In this document: piece after piece, positions 9,721-18,443 of the stretch
How positions within the stretch are numbered: position 1 is the first letter of the stretch
Layout of the letters: every line of letters starts with the position of its first letter
The notes under the pieces: generated by a model
The model's database searches: none
Seen by the model: the letters and a program-made list of their open reading frames with translations, nothing else
Told to the model about the DNA's origin: nothing
Position numbers and translations under genes: made by a program
Assembly: GCA_965371515.1 (NCBI GenBank)
Contig: CBDUYR010000013.1
Coordinates: 1-59,289, forward strand
DNA length: 59,289 bases
Direction of reading: 5' to 3'
From: an uncultured bacterium
Lineage (GTDB): Bacteria; Krumholzibacteriota; Krumholzibacteriia; Krumholzibacteriales; Krumholzibacteriaceae

Positions 9721-10215
9721 GTGGATGATATGAGAAGACATTTTATCAGAAGAATGGCAAACAGGTTTCTACATTTCTTGGCGCGCTTTTTACCGGGAGC
9801 AGAATCGGTGCGCCCCTTTCTCCATAAACTGCGCGGAGTAAAAATCGGCAAAGACGTATTTATTGGGGAAGAGGTCTATCTGGAGAATGAATATCCTCAT
9901 TATGTTGAAATCCACGATGAAGCTCAGATCGCATTAAGGTCAATTATCATGGCTCATGTGAGAGGTCCAGGTAAATTGATTATTTGTAAGAAGGCATGGA
10001 TTGGTCCCAATTGCGTTATCAGTGCTGTTACAGGGGAAGTTCTTACTATTGGTGAAGGCGCTGTTGTTGGAGCAGGTTCTGTTGTCACCAAGGATGTTCC
10101 ACCATATACGTTTGTTGGTGGAGTGCCTGCCAAGCCAATAGCCAGGGTGACTGTACCTCTTATTCAGAAAAATACGTATACTGCTTTTAAAGAGGGATTA
10201 TTGCCACTGGAATAG
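9721..10215 (+). CDS. Hexapeptide-repeat (left-handed beta-helix) acyltransferase
   Basis: KIGKDVFIG, AWIG and TIGEGAVVGAGSVVTKDVPP..GGVPAK. Low GC. ATG 9730 is an alternative start. Confidence 0.88.
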   Translation: MDDMRRHFIRRMANRFLHFLARFLPGAESVRPFLHKLRGVKIGKDVFIGEEVYLENEYPHYVEIHDEAQIALRSIIMAHVRGPGKLIICKKAWIGPNCVISAVTGEVLTIGEGAVVGAGSVVTKDVPPYTFVGGVPAKPIARVTVPLIQKNTYTAFKEGLLPLE

Positions 10216-10281
10216 ATTCGTTGATCCTCAGAATATAATAATTATTTATGCAAGGTAGTTGGTGTGTCGGTTATTTAAGTC

Positions 10282-11586
10282 ATGAATTTTGGTAAAATAC
10301 AAAGAGCTGCCAATAGACATAAGTATATGCAGGACTATCCTGCCTATTCTGATTTCCTGAACTATATCCACAAGTTTGATTATGTATGGAAAGTCTCTCA
10401 ATCAGAATTGGCTGAGTGGTGGGAGCGCAGGCAGAGTGTAAAAATCAAATTGGAGATAATGGCGAGAGGTCGATTGCATGTTTCCTGTCCTCTTGATGGA
10501 TCTGTCATTGAAGTGGACGGCAAAGATTTGAGAATTCCGCCATTTGATATTCCTGTTTCAATGGAATTGCCGATTGGCACCGTCCATGTGACCTGCTCCG
10601 ATGAAGAGTGTGTCGATAAAGCCTTTTTTAATGAGATTGTCGGGCATCTTGGTTATGGTCATATTGAGGCTGGATTGTGCAGTGGAGAAGCAACACTGTC
10701 CATTAAATCGATTGAGCCCATATTGAGGAGACTTCGGGAAAACGCCTTCGAACACTGGCGTTACGAGCAGAACGATGTCGGGGATTTAAGAAAAGAAATA
10801 GCAGATGTTCACCATGAAAAAGGTATTCCTGAATTAAGATTATGGACCCTTCCGCACATAACAGGAAAGATACAGCGGGTTTGCGTGTCAGTCCGTTATG
10901 ATGTCGATAAGGCAATTGTAAACTTGCCTTTCATACATGAGCTTGAAGAAGCTTATAACCTCAGGAGCACTGTATATCTGCGCCCATCAGGGTACTTCTA
11001 CGGGAGATCCGATATTCAGAACTATATAGATAATCATGACCAGCACGAAGTCGCACTTCACGGTGAATTTGTCACAACAGCTGAAAATAGATCTACTGAT
11101 GAATTTACTGCTGCAAGAGAAGAAAAAACATTGCTCGAGAAATATATTGGAAGAGAAGTGAAAGGTGTATGCATGCATGGCGGGGAACTTCGTGCAAACT
11201 ACACCAAACGAACTTGGAGAGCAATCGAATCAGCAGGATTCATGTATGAAACCCTTTATCGAAACAAGTATTATTTACCACTTCATCTTCCTTGTGATAC
11301 TGGCACTAGAAAGACTTTAAGCATTGGGCAACATTACGCAGACATAAGTACAAAGGCAGATAAGGAATACAAGAGGGAACTGACCAACAACTTCATTGAA
11401 TGTTTCTTGGAAGCATATGCTGCTGGAGGTGTTTTTATTCTCGTAATGCATCCTATTTACTTTAGTATCAAAAAGTATATCAAACATCCAAAAAATGTTT
11501 GGCGCCTTGCTAAGTTTATGCCTCGATATGCATCCTCTTTGATCAGGATGAAAAGCGCACAGGAATATCTGAATGTTGATGATTAA
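10282..11586 (+). CDS. Polysaccharide deacetylase-like (NodB/CE4-type barrel) protein
   Basis: RYDVD, STVY, HEVALHG, GVCMH and GGVFILVMHP. Low GC. Confidence 0.65.
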   Translation: MNFGKIQRAANRHKYMQDYPAYSDFLNYIHKFDYVWKVSQSELAEWWERRQSVKIKLEIMARGRLHVSCPLDGSVIEVDGKDLRIPPFDIPVSMELPIGTVHVTCSDEECVDKAFFNEIVGHLGYGHIEAGLCSGEATLSIKSIEPILRRLRENAFEHWRYEQNDVGDLRKEIADVHHEKGIPELRLWTLPHITGKIQRVCVSVRYDVDKAIVNLPFIHELEEAYNLRSTVYLRPSGYFYGRSDIQNYIDNHDQHEVALHGEFVTTAENRSTDEFTAAREEKTLLEKYIGREVKGVCMHGGELRANYTKRTWRAIESAGFMYETLYRNKYYLPLHLPCDTGTRKTLSIGQHYADISTKADKEYKRELTNNFIECFLEAYAAGGVFILVMHPIYFSIKKYIKHPKNVWRLAKFMPRYASSLIRMKSAQEYLNVDD

Positions 11587-11643
11587 ATATTGGAAGGGCG
11601 CCCCCTGTTCGGATAGTATCGATGGTCGGAAAGGATGCGGAAG

Positions 11644-11844
11644 ATGCCGATAGACTGCGAGAAACTGAAAAGCAACCTGGAATCCTGCAACTGTACCTAC
11701 TCGGGCTGCCCGAGGATGGGTAACTGCTGCGCCTGCATTCAGTATCACCTGAAGCAGAAGGAACTCCCGGCCTGCGCCTTTCCCGACGACGTCGAGAAGA
11801 CCTGGGACAGGTCATTCAAAAAGTTCATTGAGACCTGGGGTTGA
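11644..11844 (+). CDS. Small Cys-rich protein (DUF6485-like)
   Basis: Pattern CNCTY..CPR.GNCC.CI.YH...ELPAC.F...E..DRS. ATG 11635 is an alternative start. Confidence 0.75.
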   Translation: MPIDCEKLKSNLESCNCTYSGCPRMGNCCACIQYHLKQKELPACAFPDDVEKTWDRSFKKFIETWG

Positions 11845-11849
11845 GTGCG

Positions 11850-12137
11850 ATGCCCGGAAACGATGAATTGAAGGCGGCCCGTGTCAGGGTCAGCGGCGTT
11901 GTGCAGGGAGTAGGGTTCAGGTACTTCGCCCACCGCGTTGCCGTAAGCCTCGGCCTCGACGGGTACGTCCGGAACATGCGCGACGGGTCGGTAGAGGCGG
12001 TTGCCGAGGGGAACGCCGAGATGGTCGATGCCTTCGTCGAGAAGATAGGCAAAGGGCCGCCAGCTTCGAGCGTGAGAGGACTGAGGGTCAGTGAGATACG
12101 CCCTGTTGGCTACAGCGGGTTCGAAATAAGGCTCTGA
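11850..12137 (+). CDS. acyP: Acylphosphatase
   Basis: VSG.VQGVGFR, GYVRN..DG.VE and F.IR terminus. Confidence 0.92.
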   Translation: MPGNDELKAARVRVSGVVQGVGFRYFAHRVAVSLGLDGYVRNMRDGSVEAVAEGNAEMVDAFVEKIGKGPPASSVRGLRVSEIRPVGYSGFEIRL

Positions 12138-12139
12138 TC

Positions 12140-12889
12140 ATGGAAAAGAAAACGATACATCTGATAGACGTGACCGATTTCCGACTCTCCGATGGGACCG
12201 GTAGCGCGGAGTGGTTCGCCGGCGCATTCGAGACCCTCGGCCTCGATGGCGAAACGGACCTGGTAATCCACGACGGCACCGCAGGTGAATATCCCTCCCT
12301 CGATGAATGCTGTGGCAGCGGCAGGGGTGTGATCGTATCGGGAAGCCACGGACCCGTCTGGGAGGAAAAAGAGTGGATCCCTCCGTTGATGGATCTGATC
12401 GGGGAGATCCATGCGCGGAGTGGATGGATGCTCGGGGTATGCTTCGGGCACCAGGCGCTTGGCCATGCTCTCGGCGGCGAGGTCATCATGAATCCGAGGG
12501 GGAGGGAGATGGGCACCGTCTCCGTCTATCTGACCGAAGAGGGGAAGGCGAGCCCGCTCTTTAAGGGATTTTCCTCGGGCGACATGGCCAGCCTCGCCCA
12601 CAGAACGCATGTCTCACGGCTGCCCGAAGGTGCGGTGAGACTCGCCTGGAACAGGATGACCCCGAACCAGGCCTTCGCCGTGGGCAGGTCGTACGGCTAC
12701 CAGCCCCATCCGGAGCTTACGCCGCATCATCTCAGGCTGATGACTGATCTCTACGGGAGTGTACTTATCAGGAGGGAAAAATTCGTTGACGACAAGGAGC
12801 ATCTCGCCAACTTCAGGGACTCGTTTGTCGACACGCCGTCATCGATGGCTGTCCTGAGAAATTTTGTCTCGATGACGACCTCTTATTGA
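12140..12889 (+). CDS. Type 1 glutamine amidotransferase-like protein
   Basis: Nucleophile LGVCFGHQ and QPHPE His-Glu. Confidence 0.85.
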   Translation: MEKKTIHLIDVTDFRLSDGTGSAEWFAGAFETLGLDGETDLVIHDGTAGEYPSLDECCGSGRGVIVSGSHGPVWEEKEWIPPLMDLIGEIHARSGWMLGVCFGHQALGHALGGEVIMNPRGREMGTVSVYLTEEGKASPLFKGFSSGDMASLAHRTHVSRLPEGAVRLAWNRMTPNQAFAVGRSYGYQPHPELTPHHLRLMTDLYGSVLIRREKFVDDKEHLANFRDSFVDTPSSMAVLRNFVSMTTSY

Positions 12890-12898
12890 TTCCCTGTT

Positions 12899-12927
12899 GG
12901 AACTTTTGAGTCGCTTCCGCAATATAA
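12899..12927 (+). promoter_or_regulatory. Possible sigmaE-like promoter of degP
   Basis: GGAACTT-N16-ATATAA upstream of the htrA gene. The -10 is an imperfect match to the RpoE consensus. Confidence 0.4.
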
Positions 12928-12969
12928 CGATGAAGTGATAGAAGTCCTACGCATCATGGAGGTAGAACG

Positions 12970-14409
12970 GTGAAGAGAAGAGTGAGATTCCCGGGAGCAA
13001 TTACCATTTTGATACTTGCCGCCGCCGTCTTCGCGGCGGGATTCGTCGGCGGGAGGCCGGGAACGATCGACGGGGCCGCGGCCCTGATATCGGTGCCTGT
13101 ATCAGCCGCGTTGCAGGAAGAGAGCCTGCCCGACGTGATCGACAGGGTAAGCTGTTCTGTCGTTTATATAGAGTCGAAGAAGATGGTGACCACGGGAAGG
13201 GATCATCCGATGATGAACGATCCCTTCTGGCGAAGGTTCTTCGATGCCCCTAGAGAACGTGAGCAGCAGAACCTCGGCTCCGGCGTCATCGTCAGCAACG
13301 AGGGATACATCCTCACGAACAATCATCTTGTCGGCGGCGCGACCGAAGTAATGGTCAGGTGCAACGACGGGAGGGAGTTCGACGCGGAAGTAATCGGCGC
13401 CGACGCGCAGTCCGATGTCGCCGTCATCAAGGTCGAGGGCGGTGATCTCCCAGCGATAGTACTCGGAAGCTCTGAAACCCTGCGTCTCGGCGAGACGGTT
13501 ATAGCGATAGGTTATCCTTTCGGCATAGGGCAGACAGTCACCAAGGGCATCATAAGCGCGCAGGGCAGATCCCTCGGGCTGGTCGCCTACGAGGACTTTA
13601 TACAGACAGACGCTGCTATCAACCCGGGCAATTCGGGAGGCGCCCTTATTAACGAGAGGGGCGAGCTGATCGGTATCAACACGGCGATCGCATCGAGGAC
13701 GGGGGGAAGTCTCGGCATAGGATTTGCAATACCGATCGATTTTGCCAGCTCGATCATGGACAAGCTGATAACCGATGGCAGGGTCGTGAGGGGATATGTC
13801 GGCGTCTCTCCCCAGGAGATCACAAGCGAGATGGTCGATTACTTCGGGCTCGAGACCACACACGGAGTGCTCATAACGAATATCGGGCCGGATACGCCGG
13901 CAGAGAGGGCCCGAATCGAGCGCGGTGACGCCATCGTCGAATTCGACGGAAAGAAGATCACCGGCGTCGACCAGTTCAGGATGCTCGCGGCGGAAGCCAC
14001 ACCGGGCGAGAAAGTCGATATCGTCGTGATCCGTGACGGAAAATCGAAGACGATCGAGTTGGAGATCGGCGAGAGACCGACGGAGACGGCTGAACGGGCA
14101 ATCGAGGAGGACGCTGAGGTTATTTCCCCGCTCTTTCTCGGGGTCGGGCTTCAGACCCTGCAGGACGAGATTCGCGAGCCGCTCGATATTCCGGGCGACG
14201 TCGTCGGCGTGATCGTCACCGACGTTCAGAGTGGGACCCCGGCGGCAAAAGCCGGTGTCAGGCGGGGGGACGTTTTCGTCGAGATCGATAAGAAACAGAT
14301 CGAGAATCTGGATGATTTCAGGAAGGTAATGGACGATTATGACGAGGACAAGGTCATGGTCGTGATATACCGCGGTGGCGGTTATTTCTACAGGATTATC
14401 AGGCAGTAG
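12970..14409 (+). CDS. degP: Do/DegP (HtrA) serine endoprotease with two PDZ domains
   Basis: Signal peptide, catalytic triad TNNH, SDVAV and NPGNSGG, and two PDZ repeats. Confidence 0.93.
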   Translation: MKRRVRFPGAITILILAAAVFAAGFVGGRPGTIDGAAALISVPVSAALQEESLPDVIDRVSCSVVYIESKKMVTTGRDHPMMNDPFWRRFFDAPREREQQNLGSGVIVSNEGYILTNNHLVGGATEVMVRCNDGREFDAEVIGADAQSDVAVIKVEGGDLPAIVLGSSETLRLGETVIAIGYPFGIGQTVTKGIISAQGRSLGLVAYEDFIQTDAAINPGNSGGALINERGELIGINTAIASRTGGSLGIGFAIPIDFASSIMDKLITDGRVVRGYVGVSPQEITSEMVDYFGLETTHGVLITNIGPDTPAERARIERGDAIVEFDGKKITGVDQFRMLAAEATPGEKVDIVVIRDGKSKTIELEIGERPTETAERAIEEDAEVISPLFLGVGLQTLQDEIREPLDIPGDVVGVIVTDVQSGTPAAKAGVRRGDVFVEIDKKQIENLDDFRKVMDDYDEDKVMVVIYRGGGYFYRIIRQ

Positions 14410-14427
14410 CATAAAAGGAAGGGTCGT

Positions 14428-15111
14428 ATGTCTCTCTTTGTTCTCCTCTCCGTGATCCTCATCTCGGCGCTGATTATCAAGATCGGTGCGATAACTCTCC
14501 GTATGACGGGGATCGACAGGGAGACGGCGCAATTCCAGGCACTGTCCGCCTTCAGCGGCACGGGATTCACCACTTCCGAGGCGGAAAACATCGTCAACGA
14601 CCCTCGAAGGCGCAAGATAGTCAAGGCGCTGATGATTCTTGGCAACGTGGGGATCGTCACGACGCTGGCTATGCTCTTTCTCTCCCTGCAGGGAGCTACA
14701 GTCACGAACGCGCTGGCCAAGTTCGGCGTCATAGGCCTGCTCGTCCTCCTGATGCTGGCCTTACCCCTTTCGAAGGGACTGGACAACCTTCTCGATAACT
14801 TCATAATGAGGCGTTTGTCCAAGAGCACGTATTTCTCGATGGGAGCCTTCTCGCAGATGATGAGATTCGCACGCGGTTTCGGAATCGCCGAGCTGGTCGT
14901 GAGCGATTCGGACAGGCTTTCGGGAAAAACGCTTGCCGAGTCGGGCCTTTCGAGCAGCGATATACTCGTTCTGGCCATACGAAGGAAGCACGACATGGTG
15001 ACCGCTCCCAAGGCGGGGGAGAAGATCCTGCCCGATGACAGGCTCATCTGCTTCGGCCTTCTCGACAACATCGCCTCGGCCGTCGGGCCGGAGCCGGACG
15101 CCAACGAATAA
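14428..15111 (+). CDS. Membrane protein with a C-terminal TrkA-C (RCK-C) domain
   Basis: N-terminal FQALSAFSGTGFTT.EAE segment. C-terminal GKTL.E...VLAIRR....P.....I.P.D.L. Confidence 0.8.
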   Translation: MSLFVLLSVILISALIIKIGAITLRMTGIDRETAQFQALSAFSGTGFTTSEAENIVNDPRRRKIVKALMILGNVGIVTTLAMLFLSLQGATVTNALAKFGVIGLLVLLMLALPLSKGLDNLLDNFIMRRLSKSTYFSMGAFSQMMRFARGFGIAELVVSDSDRLSGKTLAESGLSSSDILVLAIRRKHDMVTAPKAGEKILPDDRLICFGLLDNIASAVGPEPDANE

Positions 15112-15138
15112 AAAAAGGCCCGCCGATCAGGGCGGGCC
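15110..15138 (-). terminator. Intrinsic terminator for ino1
   Basis: Stem GGCCCGCC-GATCAG-GGCGGGCC with a 7-A run on the plus strand (U-tract on minus), between convergent genes. Confidence 0.75.
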
Positions 15139-15165
15139 CGTTACATTCCGATCTTATTCTTCCAA

Positions 15166-16479
15166 TCAGTCGTAATATTCCTGGCCGAGGTGCGTTATCA
15201 GCTCTTGGCCCTGGATGTACCGCAGGGTGTTCTTCAGCTTCATCAGCTGGATGAACAGGTCATGCTCGGGATAGAGCTCCGGCGCGTGCTGCGGCGACTT
15301 GAAGTAGAACGACAGCCATTCCTGGATGCCGCTGAATCCGATCCTCTTCCCGAGGTCCATGAAGAGCGCGAGGTCGAGGACGATAGGAGCGGCGAGGATA
15401 GAGTCACGGCAGAGGAAATCGACCTTGATCTGCATCGGGTAGCCCAGCCAGCCGAAGATGTCGATGTTGTCCCAGCCTTCCTTGTTGTCGCCGCGCGGCG
15501 GATAGTAGTTGATCCTCACCTTGTGATAGAAGTTGTCGTACAGATCGGGATAGAGCTCGGGCTGCAGGATATGCTCGAGAACGGAGAGCTTGCTCTCCTC
15601 TTTCGTCTTGAACGACTCGGGATCGTCGAGGACCTCGCCGTCGCGGTTGCCGAGGATGTTTGTCGAGAACCAGCCGCCCAGGCCGATCATCCGAGCCTTG
15701 AAGCCCGGTGCGAGGATCGTCTTCATCAGCGTCTGACCCGTCTTGAAATCCTTCCCACAGATGGGAGCGTCGTTCTCCTTCGCAAGCGCCATCAGGGCGG
15801 GGATATCGATAGTGAGGTTCGGCGCGCCGTTGGCGAAGGGGATGCCCATCTTGAGCGCAGCGTAGGCGTATACCATGCTAGGCGCGATCTCGGGGCTGTT
15901 TTCCTTCATCGCCTTCTCGAATGCCTCGATCGTCTCGTGCGCGGCGGTCGGCTTCAGGAAGATCTCGGTACTGGCGCACCAGACTATGACGAGGCGGTCG
16001 CAGCCGTTCTCTTTCTTGAAGTTCTTCATGTCGTCCATCAGCTGCTGCGCGAAGTCGTACCAGTTGTCGCCCTTCTTGACCCAGTCACCCGAGAGTTTCT
16101 TGACGTACTTCTGGTCGAATACGGCCTTCATCGGCTTGATGCCCTCGAGGAAGTCCTTTACTCCGTCGAGGAGCTCTTTCTCGAGGACGCCGGCCTTCAT
16201 CGCGGCCTCGTAACAGTTGTCCTCGAAGATGTCCCAGCCGCCGAACACGAGGTCGTCGAGATCGGCCAGGGGAATGAAGTCCTTGATCATGGGGGTGTTG
16301 TTGTCGGTCCTCTTGCCGAGGCGGATCGTACCCATCTGGGTCAGCGATCCGATCGGCTTCGCGAGGCCGCGGCGGATCGATTCGACTCCCGCGATGAATG
16401 TGGTGGACACAGCTCCCATACCGGGAGTCAGTATTCCGAGTTTTCCCTTCGGCTTTTCGGGCTTGTTCTTGATCTCCAT
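15166..16479 (-). CDS. ino1: myo-Inositol-1(3)-phosphate synthase
   Basis: PGMGAV, FGGWD, NGAPN, GKDFKTGQT, NILGNRDG, GDNKE, RDSILAAP and YFKSP. Start MEIKNK follows an AGAAAGGAAG RBS. Confidence 0.95.
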   Translation of the reverse strand: MEIKNKPEKPKGKLGILTPGMGAVSTTFIAGVESIRRGLAKPIGSLTQMGTIRLGKRTDNNTPMIKDFIPLADLDDLVFGGWDIFEDNCYEAAMKAGVLEKELLDGVKDFLEGIKPMKAVFDQKYVKKLSGDWVKKGDNWYDFAQQLMDDMKNFKKENGCDRLVIVWCASTEIFLKPTAAHETIEAFEKAMKENSPEIAPSMVYAYAALKMGIPFANGAPNLTIDIPALMALAKENDAPICGKDFKTGQTLMKTILAPGFKARMIGLGGWFSTNILGNRDGEVLDDPESFKTKEESKLSVLEHILQPELYPDLYDNFYHKVRINYYPPRGDNKEGWDNIDIFGWLGYPMQIKVDFLCRDSILAAPIVLDLALFMDLGKRIGFSGIQEWLSFYFKSPQHAPELYPEHDLFIQLMKLKNTLRYIQGQELITHLGQEYYD

Positions 16480-16538
16480 GCTCGTTCTTCCTTTCTGATA
16501 AATTGTGGACTGGAATCCTTTCGGCAAATCTTACCCTC

Positions 16539-16592
16539 TTGACGGAATTAATCAAATTTATTATACTAATGAAAAGGATAAATAAATCTTAT
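16539..16592 (+). promoter_or_regulatory. lysR promoter and LTTR box in the ino1/lysR divergent region
   Basis: TTGACG-N17-TATACT at 16539-16567. Palindromic T-N11-A box ATAA-N7-TTAT at 16578-16592 overlaps the lysR ATG. Confidence 0.65.
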
Positions 16593-17517
16593 GGATATGA
16601 GAGCCCTTAAATACTTGCTGAGCGTAGAAGAGACGGGGAGCATCACCGCCGCAGCGCGGGAGCACTTCGTCACCCAGCCGGCGGTCAGCATCCAGCTCAA
16701 AAAGCTCCAGGAAGAACTCGGGACGTCCCTCTTCGAGATCGTTGGAAGGGAAGTGCGGTTCACCGCGGCAGGGAAGAAGATCCTCGACTACGCAAGGAGG
16801 ATGTCGGCCCTGGAGAAGGAAATGGCCGCGGAGATCTCGGGGTTAACAGGGCTGGCAAGCGGAGAGGTCTCTATCGGTACGATAGACGCGGCTAGCATAT
16901 ATATCCTGCCCGCAGTCTATTCTTCCTTTCGGAGGAAGTACCCTGGAATAGAACTGAGAATCGACGTATCGCCGACTCTGCCCCTGCTCGAGAGGATGCT
17001 CGACGGGAGGCTCGATTTCGTCGTCGGGACCCTCTTGGCGGAGAAGAGGGCGGGAGTGAGGGAGACGGAGATCTTCAGGGAAAAACTGGTCCCCATAGCC
17101 CCGCCGGACCATCCCGCCGCGGCGAAGCGCGGCGTAGACGTCGAGACATTTGCCAGCCATCCGTTTATCTCATTCCACCGTCATTCGGTAACGAGGCGCA
17201 TGATCGAGGCCGCGCTCCTCGATATGGGCGTGACGCTCGAGGTGGCGATGGAGATCGACAGCCAGGAGGCGATAAAGAATCTAGTCGCCTCTGGGCTTGG
17301 GCTGTCGATCCTTCCGCACGAAACGGTCAGGGGAGAAATAGGCAGAGGTACGCTGGCCCGCCCGAGAGTCAGGGGACTGAAGATAGATAGGTCGATAGGC
17401 CTGATAATGCCCGAGAAGAGACATGTTACGGTGGCTGCCAGGGCCTTTCTCGAAGTGATGAAAGAAGAGTTGAAAATTGATATTCACTGGGTAGATGAAA
17501 GGGATGGAAATGGATGA
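16591..17517 (+). CDS. LysR family transcriptional regulator (CysL-like)
   Basis: HTH GSITAAA...TQPAVS.Q...L..ELG..LF..T.AG. Effector domain with EAIK.LV..GLG.S.LP. Confidence 0.93.
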   Translation: MDMRALKYLLSVEETGSITAAAREHFVTQPAVSIQLKKLQEELGTSLFEIVGREVRFTAAGKKILDYARRMSALEKEMAAEISGLTGLASGEVSIGTIDAASIYILPAVYSSFRRKYPGIELRIDVSPTLPLLERMLDGRLDFVVGTLLAEKRAGVRETEIFREKLVPIAPPDHPAAAKRGVDVETFASHPFISFHRHSVTRRMIEAALLDMGVTLEVAMEIDSQEAIKNLVASGLGLSILPHETVRGEIGRGTLARPRVRGLKIDRSIGLIMPEKRHVTVAARAFLEVMKEELKIDIHWVDERDGNG

Positions 17518-18328
17518 AAGGATCGAGGCGGCCAGGGAAGCGGTGCTGGCGGCTGGAGAACTCGTCAGGGAGAGTTTCGACGGGCGGAATGGTATCGACG
17601 TTGAGGAGAAGGACAGGAATGACTACGTTACGGGGACCGACAGGGCGAGCGAGGAGCTGATCGTCTCGATGCTGACCGCTGCATTTCCCGATATCCCCGT
17701 CATGGGCGAGGAGGGCGGGGGCAGCGTCGGCGAGAAACTCTTCTGGGTGATAGATCCTCTCGACGGAACCACCAACTTCATACACGGGTATCCCCAGGTG
17801 GGAGTGAGCGCCGCGCTGATAGAGGACAGAAAACCTGTTGTTGCGGTGACTTACGATCCGCTGAGAAACGAGGTCTTCGAGGCGGGCAGGGGGGAAGGAG
17901 CCTTCTGCAACGGCCGGCCTCTGTCAGTCTCGAGCGCCGACTCTCTCGAGAAATGTCTTCTCGGCACGGGATTCCCCTTCCGCACATACGAATACTTCGA
18001 TCCATACCTCGATACGTTCAGGAAGCTCTTTCTCAACTGCAGAGGGGTGAGGCGTGCGGGCGCCGCCGTCCTCGATCTCGCCCACGTGGCGGCGGGGAGG
18101 CTCGATGGATTCTGGGAACTGTACCTCAAGCCGTGGGACATGGCAGCCGGAGCGCTGATGATCAGCGAGGCGGGGGGGATTGTTACCGATTTCTTCGGCG
18201 ATGACGGTTTTCTCGCGGCGGGGAATATCGTCGCGGGCAGCAGGACGATTCACAGCAAAATCGTGGAGGTGACCACCGGATCGTTTACTAAAGAGGGAGT
18301 GGCCGCTCTCGCGAACGACCTGATATAG
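17510..18328 (+). CDS. suhB: Inositol monophosphatase family protein
   Basis: GEE, WVIDPLDGTTNF, RR.G.A.LDLA.VA.GR.DG and KPWDMAAG. Start may be 17495, 17504 or 17510. Confidence 0.9.
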   Translation: MDERIEAAREAVLAAGELVRESFDGRNGIDVEEKDRNDYVTGTDRASEELIVSMLTAAFPDIPVMGEEGGGSVGEKLFWVIDPLDGTTNFIHGYPQVGVSAALIEDRKPVVAVTYDPLRNEVFEAGRGEGAFCNGRPLSVSSADSLEKCLLGTGFPFRTYEYFDPYLDTFRKLFLNCRGVRRAGAAVLDLAHVAAGRLDGFWELYLKPWDMAAGALMISEAGGIVTDFFGDDGFLAAGNIVAGSRTIHSKIVEVTTGSFTKEGVAALANDLI

Positions 18329-18392
18329 GATGGAAGGCGGGTGCGGCTCAGGCTGGGTCCAGGCTTGATCCGGCCGGGTCGCCGCCCGCCCG

Positions 18393-18430
18393 AAAAAAAA
18401 GGGGGAGTGCCCCGCCAGGCTCTCCCCCTC
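18393..18430 (-). terminator. Intrinsic terminator of the 18444-19586 gene
   Basis: On the minus strand, GGGGGAG...CTCCCCC followed by 8 T. Confidence 0.75.
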
Positions 18431-18443
18431 ACGAAAGAGGTGA

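Noticed and set aside
9617..11600. Mobile element call for the low-GC islet
   Set aside because: No transposase, integrase, terminal repeats or target duplication seen.
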